From Anaerolineae bacterium (GTDB lineage Bacteria; Chloroflexota; Anaerolineae; UBA1429), in assembly GCA_963675785.1 (NCBI GenBank), contig OY776562.1:1568001-1632000 (forward strand): a DNA stretch of 64,000 bases, given 5' to 3'. Position numbers and translations under genes: made by a program. Numbering within the stretch: the stretch's first letter is position 1; every line of letters starts with the position of its first letter. Positions 39,220 to 48,591 of the stretch are shown in pieces. The notes below the pieces were generated by a model. The model worked only from the letters and a program-made list of their open reading frames with translations. It ran no database searches and was not told where the DNA came from.

Positions 39220-40011
39220 ATGAGCGAACCACGCATCATCAACCTTTGGCCAGAGGGGCATCCCTTTAATCAGGAGACACTGGGGGTATTGCCGCGTCTG
39301 GAAGTCTATACACCGGAAACACCAGCCAAGGGTCCTTTTGCGGTGATCATCATCTGCCCGGGTGGGGCCTATAGACATCGCGCCTACCACGAGGGCGAGC
39401 CGGTAGCTCAGCTACTGGCAGATCACGGCATTGTGGGCGCCGTGCTGCAGTATCGTGTTGCACCTCATGATTTTCCTGCGCCGCAGATCGATGCTTGCCG
39501 GGCTGTGCGGCTGGTGCGTTCTATGGCCAGCGAGCTGAATATCGATCCCGATCGCGTTGGCATGATGGGCTTTTCTGCCGGCGGGCATCTGACCGCCATG
39601 ACGGGCGTTTTGCCCAATTTTGCCAAGTTCGATGATGATCCTTTGGCTACCTATGATGCGCGTCCCAACCGCATCATTCTGGCCTATGCTGTGCTCTCTT
39701 TTGAGCGCGCGTACTTGGCCAAAGAGGATCAGAATAACAATAGCATGCCCGATGAGGCTCGCACCATATTCAGCCCCTTGAAGCATGTCAATGCGGATAC
39801 ACCACCAACCTTTCTATTCCACACCGCCGATGATGAACGTGTGCCGGTGAGAAACAGCATCAGCTTTGCCGCAGCCTGTGCTGCCAATGGCGTGCCAGTA
39901 GAGGCCCATATCTATCCCCACGGCCTCCACGGCCTGGGTTTAGCTAAGGACGATCCCATCCTGGCCAGTTGGCCCAGCCTTTTTTGGGATTGGCTGTCAG
40001 ACTGGCGCTAA
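39220..40011 (+). CDS. alpha/beta hydrolase, acetyl/feruloyl esterase-like (tandem paralog)
   Basis: CPGGAY, GFSAGGH, PPTFLFH, HGLGL. Confidence 0.88.
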   Translation: MSEPRIINLWPEGHPFNQETLGVLPRLEVYTPETPAKGPFAVIIICPGGAYRHRAYHEGEPVAQLLADHGIVGAVLQYRVAPHDFPAPQIDACRAVRLVRSMASELNIDPDRVGMMGFSAGGHLTAMTGVLPNFAKFDDDPLATYDARPNRIILAYAVLSFERAYLAKEDQNNNSMPDEARTIFSPLKHVNADTPPTFLFHTADDERVPVRNSISFAAACAANGVPVEAHIYPHGLHGLGLAKDDPILASWPSLFWDWLSDWR

Positions 40012-40028
40012 CCGCAAAGTATCGGAAC

Positions 40029-40062
40029 AAAAAAAGACCGGGGAGAGCATTCCCCGGTCTTT
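40029..40062. terminator. bidirectional terminator
   Basis: AAAGACCGGGGA..TCCCCGGTCTTT between convergent genes. Confidence 0.82.
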
Positions 40063-40075
40063 GCTTTACACGTAC

Positions 40076-41071
40076 TTAGCAGCTATCCCTCTCAATCAGC
40101 CGCACTGGCAACGAACTACTCACCATCGGTTCGCCTGTGCGCAGGTGCTTGATGAGCGTCTCGACAGCACGCATACCAATATCAATGGCCGGCTGTTCGA
40201 TGGTAGTTAGAGGTGGGTTCGTCATGGCAGCAAAGGGCACACCGTCAAAGCCCATTACCGCCAGATCCTGGGGCACGCGCACGCCGTGCTGCTCAGCCCA
40301 ATCCAGGGTACGAATGGCTGGCGGATCCGACCAGCAAAAAATGGCCTCGGGCCGCTCGGGCAAAGACCAAAGCTGGGTCATCGCCTCATAGGCATCCGAA
40401 TTACCCTGGCGCGTCCACACCTCATACTCGGGCGGCAGTTCAAGCCCCGCGCTAGCCATGCCCTGCTTGAACCCTTCCAGGCGGTCTATAGCGGTCCCGA
40501 CATCCCTACTACCGGTAAACACGGCAATACGCTTGTAGCCCTTGCTGGCCAGATAGCGCGCCGCCATGAATCCACCCGTCACGTTGTCGCTGGTAATGCA
40601 ACAGATATCTGGACGAGGCGGATGGGTGCCGATGAGGATAAAAGGCACGTTGCGCTCGTAAAGGTGTTCCATCATATCGACGCCAGCACGGCCTGTACCC
40701 AGAATAAACCCGGCAACTTCGCCGCTGTTCACCAAAGAGAGGTACGTCTCGGGCCGTTTGGGGTCAACGTTGGAGAGCATAACGTTATAGTTAGAGTTCT
40801 GACATGCCTTGGCAATGCCCCGCAACAGCATCAACGGAAAGAATAAATCCCCAAAACGAGCATCGACGCTGCTGGGATCGACCACCGCAATGGTGCGGCT
40901 CTTGCGCGAAGCAAGTGAGCGAGCTGCTGCATTGGGATAATACCCCTGCTCCTCGATAACGCGCATCACCCGAACGCGCGTTTCTTCACGCACATCAGGA
41001 CTATTGTTGATCACACGCGACACGGTGGAACGAGATACACCGGCCAGTTCAGCTATTCTCTCAATGGTCAT
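40076..41071 (-). CDS. LacI family transcriptional regulator
   Basis: MTIERIAELAGVSRSTVSRVIN, YYPNAAARSL, VPQDLAVMGFD. Confidence 0.95.
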   Translation of the reverse strand: MTIERIAELAGVSRSTVSRVINNSPDVREETRVRVMRVIEEQGYYPNAAARSLASRKSRTIAVVDPSSVDARFGDLFFPLMLLRGIAKACQNSNYNVMLSNVDPKRPETYLSLVNSGEVAGFILGTGRAGVDMMEHLYERNVPFILIGTHPPRPDICCITSDNVTGGFMAARYLASKGYKRIAVFTGSRDVGTAIDRLEGFKQGMASAGLELPPEYEVWTRQGNSDAYEAMTQLWSLPERPEAIFCWSDPPAIRTLDWAEQHGVRVPQDLAVMGFDGVPFAAMTNPPLTTIEQPAIDIGMRAVETLIKHLRTGEPMVSSSLPVRLIERDSC

Positions 41072-41083
41072 CGACCCATCCTC

Positions 41084-41097
41084 TGGGAGCGTTTCCA
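41084..41097. promoter_or_regulatory. LacI-type operator
   Basis: TGGGAGCGTTTCCA, a CG-centred pseudo-palindrome just upstream of the LacI start. Confidence 0.7.
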
Positions 41098-41169
41098 ATT
41101 TGTACAAAACAGTGTAACCTTGCTGCAAAGCCACGTCAATATAAGCAATTTAGCTTAGGTTTTGGCTCA

Positions 41170-41352
41170 TTGCTATGTTATTTGAATAGCATTAGTATGT
41201 ATTTATGCTTATTGGAAGTTGCATAGCGCTATGCTCTCCGGATAAAAGAAATGGTGGGTATAGCACACGTTTCACAGTATTTTGTTTACTCTTCCGATTC
41301 AATCCTACCATCGGGGTAGTATGGAATTGGAGAATTCAAATGGAGGTGTGCC
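41170..41352 (+). promoter_or_regulatory. promoter plus type-A structured 5' leader, copy 1
   Basis: TTGCTA-N17-TAGTAT; hairpins GCTATGCTC/GGGTATAGC and TCCGATTC/GAATTGGA with inner CTACC-ATCGG-GGTAG. Confidence 0.65.
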
Positions 41353-43356
41353 ATGGAACGAATCTCTCGTCGCGAGTTCGTACGTGTGGGCTCTCTGGTA
41401 GCGGCCGCCACAGTGGCCACAGCCTGTACCCAGCCTACCGCAACACCCAAGCCTGCCGCTACCACTGCTCCCGCAGCAACCACAGCCGTTGAGGCCACTG
41501 CCACTACAGCCGTATCCGTTTATAGTGAAGCCCCCATGCTGGCCGATTTGGTTGCCTCTGGCGATCTGCCTTCTGTTGAAGAGCGTCTGCCAGAAAACCC
41601 CGATATCATGCCGGTTATTGAGATGGTCGGTCATTATGGCGGAACCATCCGCCGCGGGTTCAAGGGCGTCTCGGATAGCAATGGCCCCTCCAAGCTGGTT
41701 GGCAACAACCTAACCTGGTACAACCTGGATCTCACACTGCGCGCCAGCTTAGCTGAATCATGGGAAATCAATGACGACGCCAGCGAGTGGACCTTTTTCC
41801 TGCGCAGGGGCACCAAGTGGTCGGATGGTAGCGACTTTACCACCAAAGACTTTATGTACTATATGGAGCACCAGTTGCTGAATGAAAAACTCACCACTGC
41901 CCCGCCAACCAACTTTTCGACAGGCAATCCGCTCGTACTTAGTACCTGGACCGCCGCCGACGACTATACTATCACCATGAAATTCGCCAACCCCAACCCA
42001 CTTTTTGCCTTCCGCGTGGTCGGCCATCAGGGCCCTCCATTCCGGCCCAGCACATACATGCAACAGTACCACCCCGATTTTGGAGATGAAGCCACGTTGA
42101 CTGCACAGGCCGTTGAGGCTGGCTTTGATACCTGGGATAAGAACTATTTGGACCATGACAATTGGTACATGGATCCTGCCCGCCCTTGTATATATCCATG
42201 GATGCCAACGAACGCGCTATCCGAAGAACTATTTGTACTCGAGCGCAACCCTTATTTTTGGCAAGTGGATGAAACCGGCCAACAGCTCCCGTACGTCGAC
42301 AAAGTGACGCATCGCCTGTTTGAGACGCCCGACGTGTTCAACATGTGGATCGTCAACGGCGAAATCGACTATCAGGGCCGACATGTGGATAGCGGCAACA
42401 TCACCCTCTTTAAAGAAGCTGAAGAGAGCGGCGGATTCAATGTGGTTATGGGCCTCGATGCTATCCAGTTTGTTTTTACGCCCAATATCGCCTGTAAAGA
42501 CCTTCGCATGCGCGAGTTCCTGGGCGACACCGACGTACGTATTGCTTTTTCTCTGGCGGTCAACCGCGATGAGCTGAATGAGCTGGTTTACAACGGCATG
42601 GGCACGCCGCGTCAGAGCAGCCCGCTTAGCATCTCTCCACAAGCCTACCCCAAACAGGCCAATGCCTACATTGAATATGATCTTGAGCAAGCTAATGCGC
42701 TTCTCGATGGCGCTGGCTATGACACCAAGAATGCAGAAGGCTATCGCCTCTACAAAGATAGTTCGGGCGATACCATCTCAATCACCATTGAGGGCACATG
42801 GCAGGCTGGCTCCCAGGATGAGGATGCTATCCAGATGCTCGTCAAGTACTTTGGCGATGCTGGCGTCAAGTGCCAATACAAATATGTGGAGCGTTCGCTG
42901 TACACCGAGCACTATTTGGCGAACACGCAAGACGCCGTCTGCTGGCAAGCAGGCCGTAGCGTCATGCCTATCATCACACCGCAGACCTTTGTTGGTATGA
43001 TGCCCGATCGTCCGTGGGCTGGTGCCTGGGGCCTGTGGAAGATCAATAACAGTGACCCCAATGGTGAACAGCCTCCTGCGGGACACTGGATATGGGATAT
43101 CTGGGACATCTATGACAAAATTCTTGTCGAACCGGACGATGCCATGCGTACTACCCTGTTCTGGCAGATTCTCGACATCTGGGCCGAACAGCTACCAATG
43201 GTCGGTTATCTGGGAGAGTTCCCCAAGCTGATCATTGTCGCAAAGGAGCTGCGCAACTATGTTCCTGGCTTCCCCTTTGATGACATCACCAAGGATGAGC
43301 ATGTCCTCGGCCCCCAGACTCTGTTCTGGGAGAACCCCGAAGAACACACCTCCTGA
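41353..43356 (+). CDS. family 5 ABC substrate-binding lipoprotein (Tat), copy 1
   Basis: SRREF twin-Arg, lipobox TAC, LPSVEERLP, LAESWEIN..WTFFLRRGTKWSDG, RNPYFWQVD..QLPY. Confidence 0.93.
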   Translation: MERISRREFVRVGSLVAAATVATACTQPTATPKPAATTAPAATTAVEATATTAVSVYSEAPMLADLVASGDLPSVEERLPENPDIMPVIEMVGHYGGTIRRGFKGVSDSNGPSKLVGNNLTWYNLDLTLRASLAESWEINDDASEWTFFLRRGTKWSDGSDFTTKDFMYYMEHQLLNEKLTTAPPTNFSTGNPLVLSTWTAADDYTITMKFANPNPLFAFRVVGHQGPPFRPSTYMQQYHPDFGDEATLTAQAVEAGFDTWDKNYLDHDNWYMDPARPCIYPWMPTNALSEELFVLERNPYFWQVDETGQQLPYVDKVTHRLFETPDVFNMWIVNGEIDYQGRHVDSGNITLFKEAEESGGFNVVMGLDAIQFVFTPNIACKDLRMREFLGDTDVRIAFSLAVNRDELNELVYNGMGTPRQSSPLSISPQAYPKQANAYIEYDLEQANALLDGAGYDTKNAEGYRLYKDSSGDTISITIEGTWQAGSQDEDAIQMLVKYFGDAGVKCQYKYVERSLYTEHYLANTQDAVCWQAGRSVMPIITPQTFVGMMPDRPWAGAWGLWKINNSDPNGEQPPAGHWIWDIWDIYDKILVEPDDAMRTTLFWQILDIWAEQLPMVGYLGEFPKLIIVAKELRNYVPGFPFDDITKDEHVLGPQTLFWENPEEHTS

Positions 43357-43382
43357 TTGACTCTCCACAGATACGCACCAAC

Positions 43383-43411
43383 AGAGGGCGGACACAAAAG
43401 CCGCCCTCTTT
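43383..43411 (+). terminator. intrinsic terminator after copy 1
   Basis: AGAGGGCGG..CCGCCCTCT followed by T's. Confidence 0.75.
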
Positions 43412-43507
43412 CCTATGGCAATACGTTGTGTCCGCCCTTAAAAAGCAGTTCGCTATGCACCTACAATCACAATATCAGCAGAATAAGCAGAGATGCTCTG
43501 AGCATAG

Positions 43508-43712
43508 TGCCTATCTATTAGGTATTCTTGCCACATCCAATAGTTTGTGTTATCATCATTTGTGTCTATGTGGAACTGCATCGTGCTATACTCTCCTAAA
43601 GAGGAGGAGGCGGGTATAGAATCGTGCGTTTCGCGACATCTTGTTATTACTCTCCGTTTCACGTGCCATTGGGGTAATGTATGAATCGGAGAAAACAAAA
43701 TGGAGATGTGTA
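43508..43712 (+). promoter_or_regulatory. operator, promoter and type-A leader, copy 2
   Basis: TGCCTA-N5-TAGGTA, TTGCCA-N17-TATCAT, two hairpins. Confidence 0.68.
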
Positions 43713-45749
43713 ATGGAACGGATTTCTCGTCGTGAGTTCGTACGTGTGAGCTCTCTGATCACAGCTGCCACGGTTGCCGCAGCTTGTGCACAGCCTACTG
43801 CTACGCCCGAGCCCGCTGCTACCACGGCTCCTGCTGCTACTACGGCTCCCGTAGCAACCACAGCCCCTGGCGCAACTACAGCCGTTGAGGCTACTGCCAC
43901 CACTGCCGTATCCGTTTATGGCGAAGCCCCCATGCTGGCTGAGTTGGTTGCCTCTGGCGATCTTCCGCCCGTTGAAGAGCGTCTGCCAGAAAACCCTGAC
44001 GTCTGCCCTGTGGTAGAATCAGTTGGTAAGTACGGCGGCACCATTCGCCGCGGTTTCAAGGGCGTCTCGGACAAGTGGGGCCCCACCAAGATGGTGCGCA
44101 ATAACCTCACCGCTTTTGCCCTGGATATCTCTGTGCGTGCCAGCCTGGCCGAATCCTGGTCGATCAATGAGGACGGCAGCGAGTGGACCTTTAACCTGCG
44201 CAAGGGTACCAAGTGGTCCGATGGCAGTGACTTTACCAGCGAAAACTTTATGTGGTACTATGACTATGTGCTCTTGAACGAAACGCTAACGCCGAGCTTT
44301 TTGAGCCAGTTTGCTACCGGCTCGGAAGTGACACCCAGCGTTTGGACGGCACCTGATGACTATACCATCGTCTTTAGTTTCGCTGATCCGAACCCGCTTT
44401 TTGCCTACAAAGTAATCGGCCACCAGAACCCGGCCTTCCGCCCCAGTGAGTTCCTCAAGCAGTTTCACCCTGACTTTACTGAACAGGCCACACTGGATGC
44501 CCTGGCCACCGAAGAAGGCTTTTCTACCTGGGACCTGCTCTATGCAGACCGCGACTGGTGGTACATGGACGAGACCTGCCCATGCATCTTCCCTTGGAAG
44601 CCCGTCAATACCCTCGACAACGAGCTGTTCGTGATCGAGCGCAACCCTTACTTCTGGCAGGTTGACCCTGAAGGCAATCAGCTTCCTTACATCGACAAAG
44701 TCACCCACCGTTTGTTCGAGACCCCTGATGTCTTTAACATGTGGATCGTCAACGGCGAGATCGACTTCCAGTACCGTCACGTCGATTCCGGCAGCTACAC
44801 CCTCTACAAGGAAAGCGAAACATCCGGCGATTATATTGTCTCTAACAGCATCAGTGCTGGCCACAACGGCTTGACGATCAACCTGGCCTCCCAGAATCAG
44901 CAGCTACGCGACTTTTTTGGCACACTCGAAGTGCGCCAGGCCATGAACCTGGCCATGAACCGCGAAGAAATGAACGAGCTGGTTTTCGACGGTCAGGGTA
45001 CGCCGCGTCAGTACAGCCCGCTGAGCATGTCGCCCAGTGCCTATCCGGCACAGGCCAATTCGTTCATCGAGTATGACCCCGATCAGGCCAACGACCTGTT
45101 GGATGCCGCGGGTTATGACCAGAAAGACGCCGACGGCTATCGCACCTTCCCGGATGGCACAACGATCTCCCTGATCATCGAAGGTACTGATCAGTCCGGA
45201 ACAACTGGCGAAGATGCCACCCTGCTCAAGGTGAGTTATCTCGAGGCCGTAGGTATCAAGGCTCAGTACAAATACAATGAGCGCTCGCTCTATACCGAGC
45301 ACTATGAGTCCAACATGGTTGAGGCTTCCTCTTGGTTTGGTGATCGCACCGTCCTGCCCATCGTCACACCGTCCATCTTTGATGGCACGACGACTGACCG
45401 CCCGTGGGCCGGCGCCTGGGGCCTATGGCGAAACAATCACGATGATCCCAACGGCGAAGAACCCCCTGCGGATCATTGGATCTGGACCATCTGGAACGCT
45501 GTGGACGCCATGAACATTGAACCAGATGAAGACACACGCAACGAGCTGTTCCGTACTGGTGTCTTGGATGTCTGGAAGGATCAACTTCCCAGCATCGGCT
45601 GCTTGGGCGAGTTCCCCTCCTACACCATCGTCAAGAACGGCCTAGTCAACTACCATGCCGGGTTCCCCAATGATGATATCGTCAAGGACGAGCATCTTCA
45701 GGGCCCGCAAACCCTTTACTGGGAGAACCCCGAAGAGCATACTTCCTGA
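43713..45749 (+). CDS. family 5 ABC substrate-binding lipoprotein (Tat), copy 2
   Basis: Paralog of copy 1; start MERISRREF after GGAG. Confidence 0.93.
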   Translation: MERISRREFVRVSSLITAATVAAACAQPTATPEPAATTAPAATTAPVATTAPGATTAVEATATTAVSVYGEAPMLAELVASGDLPPVEERLPENPDVCPVVESVGKYGGTIRRGFKGVSDKWGPTKMVRNNLTAFALDISVRASLAESWSINEDGSEWTFNLRKGTKWSDGSDFTSENFMWYYDYVLLNETLTPSFLSQFATGSEVTPSVWTAPDDYTIVFSFADPNPLFAYKVIGHQNPAFRPSEFLKQFHPDFTEQATLDALATEEGFSTWDLLYADRDWWYMDETCPCIFPWKPVNTLDNELFVIERNPYFWQVDPEGNQLPYIDKVTHRLFETPDVFNMWIVNGEIDFQYRHVDSGSYTLYKESETSGDYIVSNSISAGHNGLTINLASQNQQLRDFFGTLEVRQAMNLAMNREEMNELVFDGQGTPRQYSPLSMSPSAYPAQANSFIEYDPDQANDLLDAAGYDQKDADGYRTFPDGTTISLIIEGTDQSGTTGEDATLLKVSYLEAVGIKAQYKYNERSLYTEHYESNMVEASSWFGDRTVLPIVTPSIFDGTTTDRPWAGAWGLWRNNHDDPNGEEPPADHWIWTIWNAVDAMNIEPDEDTRNELFRTGVLDVWKDQLPSIGCLGEFPSYTIVKNGLVNYHAGFPNDDIVKDEHLQGPQTLYWENPEEHTS

Positions 45750-45774
45750 TCGATTCGATCTAAACATTTACCAA

Positions 45775-45804
45775 AAAGAGGGCGGCCATAGGGCCGCCCT
45801 CTTT
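45775..45804 (+). terminator. intrinsic terminator after copy 2
   Basis: AAAGAGGGCGGCC-atag-GGCCGCCCTCTTT. Confidence 0.8.
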
Positions 45805-45947
45805 CCTTTGTCGCAATTCAAGGCGCGATCCTTGAGAAACGCGTTATCTGCGGCCTGGGTCAGCACGCTTGCTCTCAACATCCGATTAATTGGCCACATC
45901 AGCTCCCCCTGATTACACTATCGATAGAATAATGCCTATAGCAATTA

Positions 45948-46154
45948 TGCCTATATAGTAGGTATTATTGCTATATGAAATATTTTGTGATAACATAGGT
46001 TATGCTTATGCGGAACTGCATTGTGCTATGCTCTCTCAAAAGGAGAAGACGCGCATAGTGCCGTGTGTTCCACAGCATTCTTGTTCCGGTCTTCCGATCC
46101 AGTTCTGCCGTCGGGGCAGCGTACAGATCGGAAATCACAGAATGGAGATGTGTG
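45948..46154 (+). promoter_or_regulatory. operator, promoter and type-A leader, copy 3
   Basis: TGCCTA-N5-TAGGTA, TTGCTA-N17-TAACAT, TTCCGATC/GATCGGAA with inner CTGCC-GTCGG-GGCAG. Confidence 0.68.
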
Positions 46155-48212
46155 ATGGAACGGATCTCTCGTCGTGAGTTCGTACGCGTGAGCTCTCTGG
46201 TAACGGCCGCTACGGTAGCCGCAGCCTGCGCACAACCGACAGCCACGCCTGAGCCCACTACTGCTCCAGCCGCAACCACTGCACCTGCGGCAACCACTGC
46301 ACCCGCAGCAACCACTGCACCCGCAGCAACTAGTGCCCCCGCAGCCACAGCCACCGATGCCCCTGCTGTTTCCATGTATAGCGAGGCACCAATGTTGGCC
46401 GAGTTGGTTGCATCTGGTGATCTGCCCCCTGTTGATGAGCGACTTCCGGAGAATCCCGAAGTTGTGCCCGTCATCGAGTCTGTAGGCAAGTACGGCGGCA
46501 CCATCCGCCGTGGTTTCAAGGGCGTTTCGGACAAGTGGGGCCCCACCAAAATGGTGCGCCAGGGTATGACTTGCTTTAACTTTGACCTCACGGTGCGCGC
46601 CAGCTTTGCCGAATCCTACGAACTCAATGAGGATGGCAGCGAGTGGACTTGGCACCTGCGTAAGGGCGTCAGATGGTCCGATGGCTCCTTTGTCACCAGT
46701 GCAGACTTTATTTGGTACTATGAGTACGTACTGTTGAACGAAACCCTGACCCCAACCGTACCGAGCCAATTCTCAACTGGTAACCCCGCAGTGTTGAGCA
46801 CCTGGGCAGCGCCCGACGACTATACCATCGTCATGACCTTTGCACACCCCAAGCCATTCCTGGCTTATGAGTGCGTCGGACATTCAAACCCGCCTTACCG
46901 CCCCAGCGAATACTTGAAGCAGTTCCATCCCGATTTTGTGGACATGGACACCCTCACGGCTTTGGCAGAAGCAGAAGGCTTTTCAACGTGGGACCTGCTC
47001 TTTGCTGACCGTGACTGGTGGTACATGGATGAGACCTGTCCCTGCATCTTCCCTTGGAAGCCACTGAACACTCTCGACAACGAGCTATTCGCCATGGAGC
47101 GCAACCCCTACTACTGGCAGGTTGACTCTGAAGGTCAGCAGTTACCCTATATCGACAGGGTTACTCACCGCCTGTTCGAGACGCCAGACGTGTTCAACAT
47201 GTGGATCGTCAACGGCGAAATCGACTTTCAGGGGCGCCATGTCGACAAGGGCAACTATACTCTCTTCAAAGAGAGTGAAGCGGAAGGTGACTATCGGGTC
47301 GCCACGGGTGTAAGCGCCAGCCATACCTGTTTTACACCCAACATCGCTTGCCAAGACCCGAAACTTCGTGAATTCTTGGGCAATACCGATGTGCGCATAG
47401 CCTTTTCTCTCGCTATCAACCGAGACGAGATGAACGACCTCGTGTTTGACGGCCAGGGCACACCGCGCCAGTACAGCCCGCTGAGCATGTCTCCGCAGGC
47501 ATATCCCGCCCAGGCTAATGCCTACATCGATTTCGACCCCGATGAGGCCAATGCTCTGCTCGACGGCGCCGGCTTTGACGCCAAAGATGCAGAAGGCTAT
47601 CGCCTCTTCAAGGACGGCTCGGGCACCATCTCGCTCACCATCGAAGGCACCGCTGAGGCCGGAACGGCCGATGAGGACGCCATCCTGTTGATGGTCAAGT
47701 ACTTTGGCGATGTGGGTATCAAGTGCCAGTACAAGTACAATGAACGATCGCTCTACACTGAGCACTATGAGTCCAACCAGGTCGATTCCACTTCTTGGGG
47801 CGGCGACCGTACGGTTATGCCCATCATCACGCCGACCATCTTTAACGGCACAACGATGGACCGCCCGTGGTCTGGTGCATACGGCCTATGGAAGAATGAC
47901 AACGACGACCCCAACGGCGAAGAGCCTCCTGCGGACCACTGGATCTGGACAATCTGGAATGCTGTGGATGACATCAACATTGATCCGGACGAAGACAGCC
48001 GCAACGAGCGCTTCAGAACCGACGTTCTGGACATCTGGAAGGAAGAACTGCCCATGATCGGTTGTTTGGGCGAGTTCCCAGCGCTTATCATCGTCAAGAA
48101 TGGCCTGATCAACTATGTTGACGGCTTCCCCAACGATGACAAGACCAAGGACGAGCACGTTCAGCAGAGCCAGACACTCTACTGGGAAAACCCAGAAGAC
48201 CACACGGCCTAG
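46155..48212 (+). CDS. family 5 ABC substrate-binding lipoprotein (Tat), copy 3
   Basis: Paralog with the longest PAATTA linker. Confidence 0.93.
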   Translation: MERISRREFVRVSSLVTAATVAAACAQPTATPEPTTAPAATTAPAATTAPAATTAPAATSAPAATATDAPAVSMYSEAPMLAELVASGDLPPVDERLPENPEVVPVIESVGKYGGTIRRGFKGVSDKWGPTKMVRQGMTCFNFDLTVRASFAESYELNEDGSEWTWHLRKGVRWSDGSFVTSADFIWYYEYVLLNETLTPTVPSQFSTGNPAVLSTWAAPDDYTIVMTFAHPKPFLAYECVGHSNPPYRPSEYLKQFHPDFVDMDTLTALAEAEGFSTWDLLFADRDWWYMDETCPCIFPWKPLNTLDNELFAMERNPYYWQVDSEGQQLPYIDRVTHRLFETPDVFNMWIVNGEIDFQGRHVDKGNYTLFKESEAEGDYRVATGVSASHTCFTPNIACQDPKLREFLGNTDVRIAFSLAINRDEMNDLVFDGQGTPRQYSPLSMSPQAYPAQANAYIDFDPDEANALLDGAGFDAKDAEGYRLFKDGSGTISLTIEGTAEAGTADEDAILLMVKYFGDVGIKCQYKYNERSLYTEHYESNQVDSTSWGGDRTVMPIITPTIFNGTTMDRPWSGAYGLWKNDNDDPNGEEPPADHWIWTIWNAVDDINIDPDEDSRNERFRTDVLDIWKEELPMIGCLGEFPALIIVKNGLINYVDGFPNDDKTKDEHVQQSQTLYWENPEDHTA
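46256..46347 (+). repeat. 18-bp coding tandem repeat (PAATTA)
   Basis: About 5 degenerate GCAACCACTGCACCCGCA-like units. Confidence 0.8.
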
Positions 48213-48242
48213 CGAACGTCATTTTGCACCAACATGCTTAAA

Positions 48243-48276
48243 AGAGGGCGACCATAAGGATCGCCCTCTCCTTTTT
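48243..48276 (+). terminator. intrinsic terminator after copy 3
   Basis: AGAGGGCGA..TCGCCCTCT followed by a T tract. Confidence 0.75.
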
Positions 48277-48392
48277 ATGTCAAGCCACCTATAGAGCCAT
48301 AATATAGTTTTGCCCTATAAACTATATTATACAAACTTGACAAGCAATATCATCAATAATGAAGAATGTATTGCTAGATATTGCGGTACAAC

Positions 48393-48591
48393 TTGCCAAC
48401 AGCATATACGCGTACTAGTATGTCATTATGCCTAGTTGAAATTGCACAGTACGGTAATCTCCAACCCGGCAGACGAAAAGGGAGGGGTTCGGCGCGTGCT
48501 CGGCATTCAACGGCTTTTCGTTCGTGCCTCCCGATCAGCGCCGTCACCAATGGGGTGATGCGCACATCGGAGACAAAGGATGGAGACCAGA
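48393..48591 (+). promoter_or_regulatory. promoter plus type-A leader, copy 4 (divergent sequence, same fold)
   Basis: TTGCCA-N17-TAGTAT; GCC-ta-GTTGAA/TTCAAC-GGC; CGTCACC-AATGG-GGTGATG. Confidence 0.62.

Noticed and set aside
41205-41352. T-box leader or integron attC sites before the SBP genes
   Set aside because: No consistent T-box UGGNACC motif; no RYYYAAC/GTTRRRY boxes or integrase; each gene has its own promoter.
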